A stretch of 64,000 nt of DNA. Origin: Octopus sinensis (lineage: Eukaryota). The stretch spans positions 3,720,001 to 3,784,000 of the forward strand of contig NC_043007.1 of assembly GCF_006345805.1 (NCBI RefSeq), read 5' to 3'. Positions within the stretch are counted from its first letter, which is position 1. Every line of letters begins with the position of its first letter. The translations under genes were made by a program, and so were the position numbers. The notes under the pieces were generated by a model, which was not told where the DNA came from, made no database searches, and saw only the letters and a program-made list of their open reading frames with translations. Of the stretch, positions 1 through 13,747 are shown one piece after another.

Positions 1-311
1 AATTAAAACATTCCAGCAATGACCTTCTTGGTATTTCATCTATTTGGGAGTACATTTGTTCAATGTGTCCTTTTTCTAAGTGACATGAAGGGGATTTGAC
101 TGTTATTTTGAGCAGATTGAGTAGCTGCATAAGGGTTCCTTTAATGGCATATCCCTATTTTCCCTAAACATACTGGAGTAGTGTTCCTTGTTTACTCCAT
201 GTGTTCGACCAGAAAGCCTCCAGTTTCTTTTAAGAGGAGGGGGTGTTGTTGTTGTTTAACCCCAGGTCAGCCTTGATCCAGCAGGCCTATGCCCAAAGGT
301 ATTTTATCCTT

Positions 312-697
312 AAAGGTGACGAACTGGCGAAATGCTTAGCAGTATTTCGTCTGCCGCTACGTTCTGAGTTCAAATTCCAGCAAGGTCAACTTTGCCTTTC
401 ATCCTTTTGGGGTCGATTAAATAAGTACCAGTTATGCACTGGGGTCGATATAATCGGCTTACTCTATTTATCCTCTCTGTGTTTAGCCCCTTGTGGGTAG
501 TAAAGAAATAGGTATTTCGTCTGCCGCTACATTCTGAGTTCAAATTCTGCCGAGGTCGACTTTGTCTTTCATCCTGTCGGGGTCGATTAAATAAGTACCA
601 GTTATGTACTGGGGTCGATATAATCGACTTAATCCGTTTGTCTGTCCTTGTTTGTCCCTTCTGTGTTTAGCCCCTTGTGGGTAGTAAAGAAATTGGT
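312..697 (+). mobile_element. tRNA-headed SINE family A, head plus two tandem body units
   Basis: B-box-like GAGTTCAAATTCC; body GACTTTGCCTTTCATCC...GGGGTCGAT; tail CCCCTTGTGGGTAGTAAAGAAATAGGTAT occurs twice; flanked by GGTATTTTATCCTT at 298-311 and 695-708. Confidence 0.85.
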
Positions 698-1381
698 ATT
701 TTATCCTTGACTATCCTATCATTTTCCTCTTTCTTTTTTTTTTCTTTCGCACATGATGTTATGAAGATCTACATTATCCAAAGTAACTTTATTTTTTTAA
801 GACAGTGAGCTGTGATTCAAGGAATGTTTAGCTGCTATTTCCAAGAGAAATTTCTACACTTTTTTCAAACAAGTCAAGTAATCACAGATGCTTTCTCATT
901 GGCGTTTAGAGAGGAGTAAATTGGAATTGGGAAGGTCACACTTATTAAAGGGTGATTAGAAATATAAATAAAGTGAAAGCAACAAACAGGTATAAAAAAA
1001 AAAAACAAAAAAAAAAACTAGGTTACATTCCCAGCTGATAAGGGAGATTATTTCCTTTTATACATTACTCAGCTAGGAGATAGATAACACTATGATAGAA
1101 ACATCCGAGGGGAAGAGATGATCCAACTAGATTTAAATGATGAATAGAAAGCAGTAGACACCATAACTGGGGCCATTAACCCTTTTTAACACCAACCCTC
1201 CTGAGACTGATACAAGCTTTCTCTTTTAAAGTGAATTAACTCTTTACTTGTCCAAATCGGTTTTGTAAGTTGTCCTAAACATCCATCTTTGTTCTCAGAT
1301 TTGTGGTCAGTCCACCTGAGCAAGATAAAGGATTCAAAAGGATTTTGGCAAAATAAGTAACTTTATCGCAATTAATCCTCA

Positions 1382-1917
1382 CAGAGGAAATGACGAAAGA
1401 CCGAGACCCCAGAGATATGCTGTGACTGTGAAGACCCGACAAAATGAAGTGAGTTCATGGCTCGCAGGATGGCCTGCTGTGCTAACCTTGGGTTGTAGAG
1501 CAACCTGCTGTTCTTGAGGAGACCTATTGAGTCAAGTACGTCAACATCAAAATAAAAATCAAATGGAAATTGTAGTTAAGACACCCGTGTTGGTGACACG
1601 TAAAAAGCACCATCCGAACATGACAGATGCCAGCGCCACCTGACTGGCGTCCGTGTCGGTGACGCGTAAAAGCACCAACCGATCGTGGCCATTTGCCAGA
1701 CTGCTCTGGCCTCTATGCTGGTGGCACGTAAAAAACACCCACTACATTCACGGAGTGGTTGGCATTAGGAAGGGCATCCAGCTGTAGAAACACTGCCAGA
1801 TAAGACTGGAGCCTGGTGCAGCCTCCACGGCTTCCCAGATCCCGGTCGAACCGTCCAACCTGTGCTAGCGCGGAAAAACGGACGTTAAATGATGATGATG
1901 ATGATGATGATGATGAA
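1382..1917 (+). mobile_element. RTE-clade LINE 3' end (last ORF2 codons, 3'UTR, (GAT)n tail)
   Basis: Starts with GAAATGACGAAAGACCGAGACC, matching the ORF2 end of longer copies at 15433 and 58679; three GGCACGTAAAAAGCACC units; conserved terminus AACCGTCCAACC...GGACGTTAAATGATGAT. Confidence 0.85.
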
Positions 1918-2465
1918 TCCATTAGCATTTAAACTGGTGTTGGTTTGTTGACACCCCAGCCAAAATATTCTACTTGTTTTATGTTCACACTAGCCAGATC
2001 TGGCCTCTCACACCAACCCAACAAAAACAATCTGAAAATAAACAATCACTTAATTCAAATCTCAAAGCTATAAAATAATGCATGATTAATTCAAAACGAA
2101 TAAATTAGTTTTGCATTTGACAGCAATTTAAATACTAACGAGTTAAACTAGTATTTGGAAGACATCATAAAGGTTCTGACATAGTTTAAATAAACTACTT
2201 CAAGATGACAGTTCTTTGGGTAGTGTCAGGCAGGTTGATGCCAAAATCCAAAATGGTTAATAATTTCTTCTGTAAGGGAGCCTATGGCGGCGTTTTTAAT
2301 ACTGGTGAGTGAGTGAGTGTGTGTGTGTATGTCTGTATAGTGAAGACATCCTGTTAGGATGATGCTACTAAATACTTTAGGGTTGTGCTTCCCAGAATGG
2401 ATTAAAAAAAAACTCCAAGTTTCTGTGAATGAATTCTAAGGTCCTGTGAAATTAGGGCTTTTTAA

Positions 2466-2684
2466 CCCTTTCATAACTGTATTTTTTGTTTTTTGAGATG
2501 CTCTGTGTTTCTTTTGATTACTTTAAATATAACAAAGAATTTAGTAAAATAACTTAGTTATCATTCAGCTAGTATTAGAAACATAAATTGTGACTAAGGT
2601 TTGGTGGAAGATTTTTATTCAAAACTTATAAAAATAAGACATTTGTACCCAGAGCCAGTTTCAGCCGAGTTGGTAATGAAAGGG
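2466..2684. mobile_element. piggyBac-like MITE (~220 bp)
   Basis: TTAA at 2462-2465 and 2685-2688; termini CCCTTTCAT...ATGAAAGGG; a homologous copy in opposite orientation at 30448-30669. Confidence 0.8.
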
Positions 2685-3134
2685 TTAAATAAAATTTAAC
2701 AAAAATTTATTATATGAAAAAAAATGATATTTGACATTTCAAAGCAATGTTGTTAATCTATTTAAGAAACTCTTCTCCCCCCACCCCACTTTTTTTCTGG
2801 GACACTGTATTGAATGGTTTTTGTCAATCAAATCAACCTGATAGTTGGTTTTTCCATTTTTTCATGTCTGGTACTTATTCTGTCAATCCCCTTTGCAGAA
2901 CCACTAGGTTATGAGGATTAATAAACCAATACCATTTGTCAAGCAGTAGGAGAACAAAAACAGTGACACACACACACACACACACAACCTTAGCACACTC
3001 CTCTGGCTTGACAGCTCCTGTCAAATCATCCAACCCATGCCACATGAAAGATGGATGTTACATGAGGATAATGACATATACATAAAAATATATAGATAGA
3101 TAGACAGATACATATATACATACATAGATATATG

Positions 3135-3528
3135 CGGTAAAACCATGCTGATGGCATGTAAAAAAGCACCATTAGAGTGTGGCCAATGCCAGTTCCACTG
3201 GGCTGGCTTCCATGCCAGTGGCACATAAAAAGCACCATTCGAGTGTGGTTGTTGCCAGTGCTGCCGAATTGGCTCCCGTACTGGTGGCACATTAAAACCA
3301 TCATTTGAGTGTGGTCATTGCCAGTGCCACGTGACTGGCTCCCATGCCAGTGGCACGTAAAAAGCACCTCCTACACTCTTGGAGTGGTTGGTGTTAGGAA
3401 GGCATCCAGCTGTAGAAACCTTGCCAGAAAAGATTGGAGTCTGGTGCAGCCATCTGGCTCGCCAGTCCTCAGTGAAACTGTCTAACCCATACCAGCATGG
3501 AAAGCAGACATTAAATGATGATGATGAT
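3135..3528 (+). mobile_element. RTE LINE 3'UTR fragment with four internal tandem units
   Basis: Repeated GTGGCAC(A/G)TAAAAAGCACC units followed by the conserved terminus and (GAT)n. Confidence 0.8.
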
Positions 3529-3570
3529 ATTTATATATCACACACAAATAAATATACAGTACAATATATA

Positions 3571-3624
<54 letters not shown>

Positions 3625-3930
3625 GTACTATAGCCTCGGGCCGACCAAAGCCTTGTGAGTGGATTTGGTAGATGGAAACTGAAAGAAGCCCATCGTATAT
3701 ATATATATGTATACATATGTGTTTGTGTGTCTGTGTTTGTCCCCCCCCCCAACATCACTTGACAACTGATGCTGGTGTATTTAGGTCCCCACAACTTAAC
3801 AGTTCAGTAAAAGAAACCGATAGAATAAGTACTCGGCTTACAAAGAATAAGTTCTGGAGGTGATTTCCTCGACTAAAGGCAGTGGTCCAGCATGGCCACG
3901 GTCAAATGACTGAAACAAGTAAAAGAATAT
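3625..3930 (+). mobile_element. SINE family B (CORE-like), 5'-truncated
   Basis: CTATAGCCTCGGGCCGACCAAAGCCTTGTGAGTGGATTTGG, internal (TA)/(TG) tract, tail CCAGCATGGCCACGGTCAAATGACTGAAACAAGTAAAAG. Confidence 0.85.
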
Positions 3931-4539
3931 ATATATATATGTATGTATGTATGTGTATATATATGATGAGGACGATGATATATTGGCCACACTCTAATGG
4001 TGCTTTTTTACATGCCATCAGCATGGTTTTACCGCATATATCTATGTATGTATATATGTATCTGTCTATCTATCTATATATTTTTATGTATATATCATTA
4101 TCCTCATGTAACATCCACCTTTCATGTGGCATGGGTTGGATGATTTGACAGGAGCTTTCAAGCCAGAGGACTGTGCTAAGGTTGTGTGTGGCACGTAAAA
4201 AAAACACCCACTACACTCGCGGAGTGGTTGGCGTTAGGAAGGGCATCCAGCTGTAGAAACACTGCCAGATCTGACTGGGCCTGACAAAGCCTTCCAGCTT
4301 CACAGACCCCAGTTGACCCGTCCAACCCATGCTAGCATGGAAAGCGGACGCTAAATGATGAGGATGATGATGATGATATACTGTTGTGTCTGGGGAGAGT
4401 CATTCTCTTTTAGTGCCTTATGATTTAACATACTTATTTCCTTTTTTATTTTTCTAAAATTTTTGTTGCTTCTTGCAACGTTTTGACTCTGTAATTCACA
4501 CTGCCTTCCTTTTTGCTTGTTTGAGTGTATATGTGTGGG

Positions 4540-4573
<34 letters not shown>

Positions 4574-5227
4574 TATGCATGTATTTATGTATGTATGTGT
4601 GTACATTTGTATGTATGTATTCTGCATATATATATTTTCCAAAACGATATATACATACATATAGTTTATAGGTTAGAGACAGGTGTTCACTATATAGAAT
4701 ACACTGTGAAGTGCCGAAGAGATTTGAACTTGAGCCAGTAGATGAGCAAATGTAATGACAAGCAAGTCAGGCAAGTTGATTTACCTAGAATATTAAATAC
4801 ATTTAAAAGAAAAAAGTGTACATGGGTATGAATATGAAATAGTCTGACTTACAGAATATAAATGGTATCCGGAGTTAAATGAGGCGTTTTAAGAGTCCAA
4901 CAACTGTTTCTGGGGACTTGGTGATGCGGAATAATGATAGTTACTTGGATCCATTATCGAGTAACACCACCTCCTTCTTCAGGGGAGAATTTTACATTTG
5001 AGGTGTTGACAGGATGGAGTTTAAAGGTAGATATATGTATATATATATAAGTTCAGTAAAAATTTAGATTCAGGTGAATATGGTATTTAAGTTAAAGGCA
5101 CCACAATTTGGTATGGTATTATCCATATAAATCAAATGGGGTTAAATCAAAATAAGCAACAAGGATATCCAAAGGTAGTGCAGTACCTTTGGATATCCTT
5201 GTTGCTTATTTTGATTATATATATATA

Positions 5228-5562
5228 TTCGCCAGCCTCGTCTGGCACCTGTGTCGGTGGCACATAAAAAACACCATCCGAGCGTGGCCGTCTGCCAGCC
5301 TCATCTGGCACCTGTGTTGGTGGCACATAAAAAACACCATCCGAGCGTGGCCGTTTGCCAGCCTCTTCTGGCACCTGTGCCGGTGGCACATAAAATCACC
5401 CACTACACTCTCGGAGTGGTTGGCGTTAGGAAGGGCATCCAGCTGTAGAAACACTGCCAGATCCGACTGGCCTGGTGCAGCCTTCGGGCTCCCCAGACCC
5501 CAGTTGAACCGTCCAACCCATGCTAGCATGGAAAGCGGACGTTAAATGATGATGATGATGAT
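5228..5562 (+). mobile_element. RTE LINE 3'UTR fragment
   Basis: Three ~60-nt tandem units, conserved terminus, (GAT)n tail followed by a (TA)n array. Confidence 0.85.
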
Positions 5563-5567
5563 ATATA

Positions 5568-5666
<99 letters not shown>

Positions 5667-6125
5667 ATATAATTAATTAATAAGGGTGAAAACCTTTTGG
5701 ATTAACTGGTGCTAGAGTGAGCCATATAGTGACCACTCTCTTATATTTATTTATATATATATATATGATGGGCTTCAACATAGTTTTCTTCTGCCGAATT
5801 CACTCATAAGGAATTAATCAACCTGGTTCTACAGTAGAGGACATTGCAGACGCATGCTGAAGGTACTGCAGACAGGGATTGAACCCAAAACTACGTGGTC
5901 ATAAAACAAATGTTTAACCATTCAGTCATGTCTGTGTTAGATAGATATTTGGCTGGTGTTTTTTTTTCTTCTTTTTTTTTTGTTGTTTTTTTTTTGTTTT
6001 TTTTTGCCTGTCGGTTGCACAGCCATGTAGAGAGTGTTGAGGCCAGATAGCCAAATCAATAACCTGTCAAACTGACAATACATAATTCATAATTTACAAT
6101 CAGCCGCTGGAACATCATCCTGTTT

Positions 6126-6183
6126 CTATTTTATGATACTTTCCTTCAGTCTACCAAGCTGCCAGGGGAACACATCAGAATAT
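6126..6183 (-). CDS. Candidate terminal coding exon of an unidentified host gene (YSDVFPWQLGRLKESIIK*)
   Basis: AG acceptor at 6185-6184; the frame continues in phase from the 6254-6293 candidate across a 70-nt GT-AG intron. No homology recognised. Confidence 0.3.
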
Positions 6184-6253
6184 CTAGCAATATATATTTT
6201 TTTTTATATTTCATTTTATATAGTGCTTTGTGAACATCAGCTTCCTTCGTTAC

Positions 6254-6293
6254 AGGTCGCAAACTGGACTGATCATTGGCTGCCTTACATTTA
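6254..6293 (-). CDS. Candidate coding exon (VNVRQPMISPVCDL)
   Basis: Acceptor ttgttattctcatcatcag, donor gtaacg; phase 1 in matches the 10698-10787 candidate. Confidence 0.3.
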
Positions 6294-6344
6294 CTGATGA
6301 TGAGAATAACAAGAGCATGTCACCATTTTATTTTTTCCATGACA

Positions 6345-6392
<48 letters not shown>

Positions 6393-6399
6393 TATATAT

Positions 6400-6585
6400 A
6401 TCATAATCATCGTTTAACATCCGCTTTCCATGCTAGCATGTGTTGGACGATTTTGACTGAGGGCTGGCGAACCAGATGGCTGCACCAGGCTCCAATCTTG
6501 ATTTGGCAGAGTTTCTACAGCTGGATGCCCTTCCTAATGCCAACCACTCCGAGAGTGTAGTGGGTATTTTTTACGTGCCACCGGC
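6400..6585 (-). mobile_element. RTE LINE 3' terminus
   Basis: Reverse complement of the conserved terminus (catcgtttaacatccgctttccatgctagc...ccaaccactccgagagtgtagtggg). Confidence 0.8.
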
Positions 6586-6590
6586 AATAT

Positions 6591-6631
<41 letters not shown>

Positions 6632-8022
6632 CCTTCAGGGCCATCTTAACAGTATTATGTTATAGGTCCCTCTCACCAGACCCCATATTTATTTATTGAC
6701 AGCAAGCCACAGTATACATAGATCAGAATTGGGCCCCTACACCTCTAAGGGCCCCTGGTCAACTGCCCAGTATGGCCATCCCTTTAAACAGTATTGCCTA
6801 CCTTCCCTACTTATTATCTCCCAACTTTTGTTTTTCATTCCTTATATTCACCTTCTTACACATTCCTTATCTCTAACCATGCATCACTCTTCCATACACA
6901 CCTGCGACCTCTACTCAACCTCATTTCCTAAATTCCTGTCCCTACTCACTTTGACTCACTTTGTATCTTGAGGGTCCATCCTAATGCCTCATCACTATAT
7001 GTTTATCATTTTCCAGTTCCACGCTGGCCCCTCCCATTCTCTCTTCGATGATCAAAAAGCTGTGTGGCTCCCCTACAGCAAGAAACCTGTTCTGTTCTAG
7101 ACCCTTTTCTCTAACTTTAAACTCTCATCACATAGCATAAAGCTACCGCCCTTTCTCCTGTAGCCCCCTTAGCCCCTCTCAGGCAATGGGGATCTTAATT
7201 TAGGCTGAATTATTTCTGAACAACCTAAACATATCAACATAGCCCTTCCTAACGCTAACCACTCTGAGAGTGTAGTCGGTGCTTTTTACATGCCACTGGT
7301 GCAGGGGCCAGAGGAGCTGGCATTGACCATGATCAGATGGTGCTTTTTACGTGTCACCGGCACGGAAATTCGTCAAAGTGGCACTGACATTGGCCACATT
7401 TGGATGGTGCTTTTTATGTGCTACTGGCATGGGGCTCACAACTACTATTTCCATTCGATTTGATTTTGATATTGCTGTTGATGTTGATGTACTTGACTCA
7501 ATAGGTCTCCTCAAGCATGGCATGTCACCCTACAATCCAAGGTACTTTTGAGTGGGCTGGTTATGCGACACAAGTGTAGGTTACAGCTGTGGACTCACTT
7601 TATTTGCCGGGTCTTAAAATGTGTGTGTGTGCGTGTGAGTGTGTGTGTGTGTGTGAGTGCATGCACAAGCACACAGCTTAGAGGAAACGATGAGGATCCC
7701 AGATTACCCTTCATTGTTAAGTCAATCTCTCTGTGAATAGATACCAAAAGGAGATATGTCTAGCTCAATGTTGTAAGTAGTGGGATCACAAGGATTGTAT
7801 GACTGAAGAGCGTTTCATCAGCTTCCTGTGTTTAGCTCAAATTACCTGAAGATCTAGAACAAAGGTGAAAAACATTTCCGGAACCAAAGGTTAACTGGGA
7901 GTGTATATGAATTTGTGGTAGGGTATTTGTGTTGAAAAAAATAAGAAATAGAATAATTTAATGTAGGTATGTGTTTGCTGATAGTAATAATAAAACAATA
8001 TTAATTTGATATTGAAAATATT

Positions 8023-8635
8023 CTTTTCTATTCTAGGTACAAAGTCCAAAATTTTGGAGGAGGGGGGCCAGTCGATTAGATGGACTCCAGCAAGCAACTG
8101 GTACTTAATTTATTACCCTGAAAGGATGAAAGGCAAAGTCGACCTCAGGGGAATTTGAACTCAGAATGTAAAGACAGACGAAATACCAGTAAGCATTTTG
8201 CCAAGTGTACTAACGTTTCTTATTTCTTTATTGCTCACATGGGACTAAACATAGAGGGGACAAACAAGGACAGACAAAGGGATTAAGTCGATTGCATCGA
8301 CCCCAGTGCATAACTGGTACTTAATTTATCGACCCCGAAAGGATGAAAGGCAAAATCAACCTCGGTGGAATTCGAACTCAGAAAGTAATGGCAGACGAAA
8401 TACCTATTTCTTTACTACCCACAAGGAGCTAAACACAGAGAGGACAAACAAGGGCAGACAAACGGATTAAGTCGATTATATCAACCTCAGTGCGTAACTG
8501 GTACTTATTTAATCGACCCCAAAAGGATGAAAGGCAAAGTCGACCTCGGCGGAATTTGAACTCAGAACGTAACGGCAGAGGAAATACCCCCAAGCATTTT
8601 GCCAGGTGTGCTAACGTTTCTGCCAGCTCACCGCC
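8023..8635 (-). mobile_element. SINE family A array of three body units ending in an alternative tail
   Basis: Three copies of GAAAGGATGAAAGGCAAA(G/A)TC(G/A)ACC; the whole block is flanked by TTTGATATTGAAAATATT (8005-8022 and 8636-8653). Confidence 0.8.
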
Positions 8636-9280
8636 TTTGATATTGAAAATATTAATAGTCCAATAATTAATAGAATAATAATTAATAGAGAAATATTAAT
8701 AGAGAAACAATGATTGAAACATCATTTTGGGGTATTTCAATCATTATATTTTATATCCCTTCTTATTTTGACACAAGAGCAACAATTTTGAGGGGTGGGG
8801 AAGCCAACTACATTGACCTCAGTGCTCAACAGAACATTGCTATAGTGACCTCATGATCACTATGCAAGATAGTGGTGGATGATAGGGTTAAGAGATCAAA
8901 CCCAAGCAATGTTTGACAAACTGATACTTAGATGTGTTTATTTTATAACTCCCTATCTCCACCCCATAAGGATGAAAGGCAAAGTTGACCTGAGTGGAAT
9001 TTGAACTCAGACCATAAAAACAAACAAAATGCCTAAAATGCTGCTAAGCATTTTGTCCTGCATGCTTTTGGTCCTCCCAGCTTGCTTCCTTTCTATCTTA
9101 TATATGTACAAGGACTTGTATCAAATTACTATGTTTGTATTTCCTTGAAATCTGAGGAATCTGTTAAGTAGGTCAACTCTTTTGGCCACTCAACAAACAC
9201 CTGCTGACAAAGCTTGATGCAGCCACTTATACTGACATGTCACAAACTGTTCTGGATGCTTCCAAACAAGAACTGCACAG

Positions 9281-10560
<1,280 letters not shown>

Positions 10561-10697
10561 GATCTTGAAAGCATTTTATGATTTCATTGTCTGCAAGAAT
10601 AACTAATAAAACAAGGCAAACAATAATGTTGTATACATTTTTACTATTTTTTTAACTTTGAAGTATAATTTTGTTTAATTTTGAATCCAAAATTTAC

Positions 10698-10787
10698 CAG
10701 GAGTTTCTTTCTGGTGCATTACAAAGTCAAAAATATTGAAAAAACACTGAGATGTCTGTCCAAGACACAAAATGATAACAGCTCTAT
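10698..10787 (-). CDS. Candidate 90-nt coding exon (DRAVIILCLGQTSQCFFNIFDFVMHQKETP)
   Basis: Strong acceptor tgtcctctctcattcag and donor CTG|gtaaat; only one of three frames is open; non-repetitive sequence. Confidence 0.5.
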
Positions 10788-12099
10788 CTGAATGAGAGAG
10801 GACATACAGGTATTACAAAAAATAAAAAAATTTTTTTTAAATAAAATAAAGCTTGTATCGGTTTATAAAAACAAAAAGCAAAACTTCTCAGAATATAGAA
10901 ATAGATTTTTTATGGATTGTCTTGTAAGATTCATGATCTGAAACTGTGAGTCGAAACATTACAGCATTTTGGGAGGGTCATTCACCTATAAACACATACA
11001 CACACACATGTATACACACACACATATACATACACACATACATATACACATACTCACACACTCCAGTTCAAACTCACTTCCTTACTAACTGATGGACTTA
11101 TTTTTTCTTCTTTTAATGTCTTTCACTACAAATGTGTAACCTCCTTTAATGAGTTTTCCATCACTTGCAACGGAAACTACAATCAGCAAATGTGTTTTTA
11201 TTGCTAAAATGAATCATCCTCGAATACAGACAAGCCCCATCCAGAACATATATATACAAAAAAAAAACATAACGAGCAATATATATTTTATATGTTTTTC
11301 TATGTTAACACAAGATGTTACATACATGTGTGTGTACGCATGTATGTGTGTGTGTGTGTGTATATATATATGTATATTCTTTTACTCTTTTATTTGTTTC
11401 AGTCATTTGACTGCAGCCATGCTGGAGCACCATCTTTAGTCGAGCAAATCAAATGACTGAAACAAGTAAAAGAATAAAAGAATATATATATATATATGAA
11501 ACATATATAATACAAGAACACCCTACAAACTGTGATAATAATATAGAAATAGAATTTGAAAATTTATTCTTTCTGTGTGTCCTGGTACTGGCCTGCAGTT
11601 TGGTGTTTTAGGGACCCTTGCTTTAGGGGACAATATATAAAGGCTGTTGTAAAAGTTGAGCTCCTGACTAAGTGGTGACTAGCCAAGCATCTTACTCATA
11701 AAGTCGGTGCCAATATTGAGCATAAAAATGAGATGAAAAAATTATCTTCATTGTTGAGATCATCATCACCATCACCATCACCACCATCACCAAAACCACG
11801 ATCATCATTACCACCAACAACAACACCACTATCATTTCAGCATGTGTTTCTCCATGTTGACCTTGATCATAATATATACAACCTTCCTCTCAAAACTGTT
11901 CTATCTCTAAATCAAATTATTCGGTCTCGACCGACTGCCCTCCGGCAAAGCTGTTTTCTAAGCATTCCTGGAGTGTGGGTGTAACAGGATTCCACACAGT
12001 TTCTCCCTCTACCAAATCATTATCAAACTATACCTTACAATCTTAAAAACAGAGGAGAAGATATTGAATCAGTCAGTCTGGTATACTTTATACCTGGAA

Positions 12100-12330
12100 G
12101 GCGGTGAGCTGGCAGAAACGTTTGCACGCCAGGCGAAATGCTTAGTGGTATTTCGTCTGACACTACGTTCAGTGTTCAAATTCCGCCAAGGTTGACTTTG
12201 CCATTCATCCTTTAGGGATCGATTAAATAAGTACCAGTTACTGGGGTCGATATAATTGACTTAATCCGTTTGTCTGTCCTTGTTTGTCCTCTCTGTGTTT
12301 AGCCCCTTGTGGGTAGTAAAGAAATAGGTA
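12100..12330 (+). mobile_element. SINE family A, full length
   Basis: GGCGGTGAGCTGGCAGAAACG head through AAAGAAATAGGTA tail; 20-bp duplication GGTA(T/C)ACTTTATACCTGGAA at 12080-12099 and 12327-12346. Confidence 0.9.
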
Positions 12331-12526
12331 CACTTTATACCTGGAAGAAAGACAAAATGGTCATTGCTGAACTCTTTTGATCATTGGTCAGTTCAGTCAG
12401 GTTAACCTAGGGTCAAACAACAGCACCAGCAACAGAAACAACTTTTGTGGGTAACAACATGTGAAGCATCAGGGAGTTTAGTTAAGCTGACGTAACTCAA
12501 AATGATGCTGTTTGATGTTGATGTAC

Positions 12527-13747
12527 TTAGTTAGTTAGTTAGTTAGTTAATTTGGCTCAAAAGCAAATAGCAAGGCCATGTAGGGGGACATGGAGTTAAG
12601 TACAGGGTGGTGTTCATGTAAAGAGTTCAGGTCACTTGAGGTCCAGGGAGGCTTTGAACAAAGCGGTCGTCGGCATCTTCACCATCTCATCTGGCAGCTT
12701 GTTCCACGGATCCGCAACCCGACGGAGAAAGCTCCTCTCCTTCGATTGAGATGAAATCGTCGCAGGTAGAGCTTTTCGGAATGACCCCGCAGCCGACGCT
12801 CCGGAGCAGGAGTGAAGAACAGCTCTTTCGAGAGGTTACACTTCCGCTTATGATGTTGTGGGCGAGAATGAGATCACCACGGCGGCGGCGTTTTTCAAGA
12901 GAATAAAGGTCGAGCGTCCTCAGCCTTTCTTCGTAGGACAAATTTTTGAGACCATGAACCATGCGGGTAGCCAGCCTCTGGACTCTTTCGAGGTGCTGTA
13001 TGTCTTTGAGGAGATAAGGAGAAGAGGCTTGAATCCCATACTCCAATATGGGTCTCACCAGCGTGACATAGAGTGGCAGGAATATGGCTGCTGTGAGCAT
13101 TCCGAATGACCGTTGAATCAAAAACAGAATTCCGCGCGCTTTGTTGGCAGCATGGACGCACTGGGCCGAAGGCGAAAAGGAGGAATCCACCAAGATACCC
13201 AGGTCCTTTACCTGATCGGTCCTCTCCAGCAGCAGACGACCCGGCTCGAAATCAAGTTGAGTTGCAGCAGTAGAGCCGACAGGCAGATGACAGCACTTTG
13301 ACACGTTCAGACACAGGTCCCAATCGTTAGACCACTTCCAAATTTGGTGGAGGCATCGACGAAGATCCTCTATACTACCGCGAGGAGCGACCAGTTTGAT
13401 ATCGTCGGCAAATAGAAGGTGTGTTGCGTGAGGTCGTCGGGCAAGTCATTTATGAAGACTAAGAACAACAAGGGCCCAAGCACTGAACCTTGAGGCACGC
13501 CACTGCTCGCACTGGAGACGTCGGACCGTGAACCATTAACTTGAACTTGGAAGGAGCGATCTGAGAGGAAGGCACCAACCCATCGTACAATATCCGGATG
13601 GAAACTATATGCTTGAAGCTTGACAAGTAGTAGGCGGTGGTTTACCAAGTCAAAAGCTTTGGCAAAGGTATTCGCGGCTCTCTTTCTTGAAAATTGGGCA
13701 GATTATCGCTGTTCTCCAGTCTGCAGGTATAACACCCGTCGCCAATG
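12527..13747 (-). mobile_element. CR1/L2-clade LINE, reverse-transcriptase pseudogene with (TAAC)n tail
   Basis: Translations give VIPADWRTAIICPIFKK, FAKAFDLVNH, GVPQGSVLGPLLFLVFINDLPD, KDLGILVD, LYVTLVRPILEYG and ERRRRGDLI-type motifs; frameshifted; tail actaactaactaac at 12527-12550. Confidence 0.92.

Noticed and set aside
1590-1740. Regularly spaced GGCACGTAAAAAGCACC repeats resembling a CRISPR array
   Set aside because: The spacers are homologous to each other and the array is part of a eukaryotic RTE 3'UTR; no cas genes.
4945-4990. CTGAAGAAGGAG...CTCGATAA (minus), hammerhead-like
   Set aside because: The GAAA core and stem III/cleavage triplet are missing; too degenerate to support.
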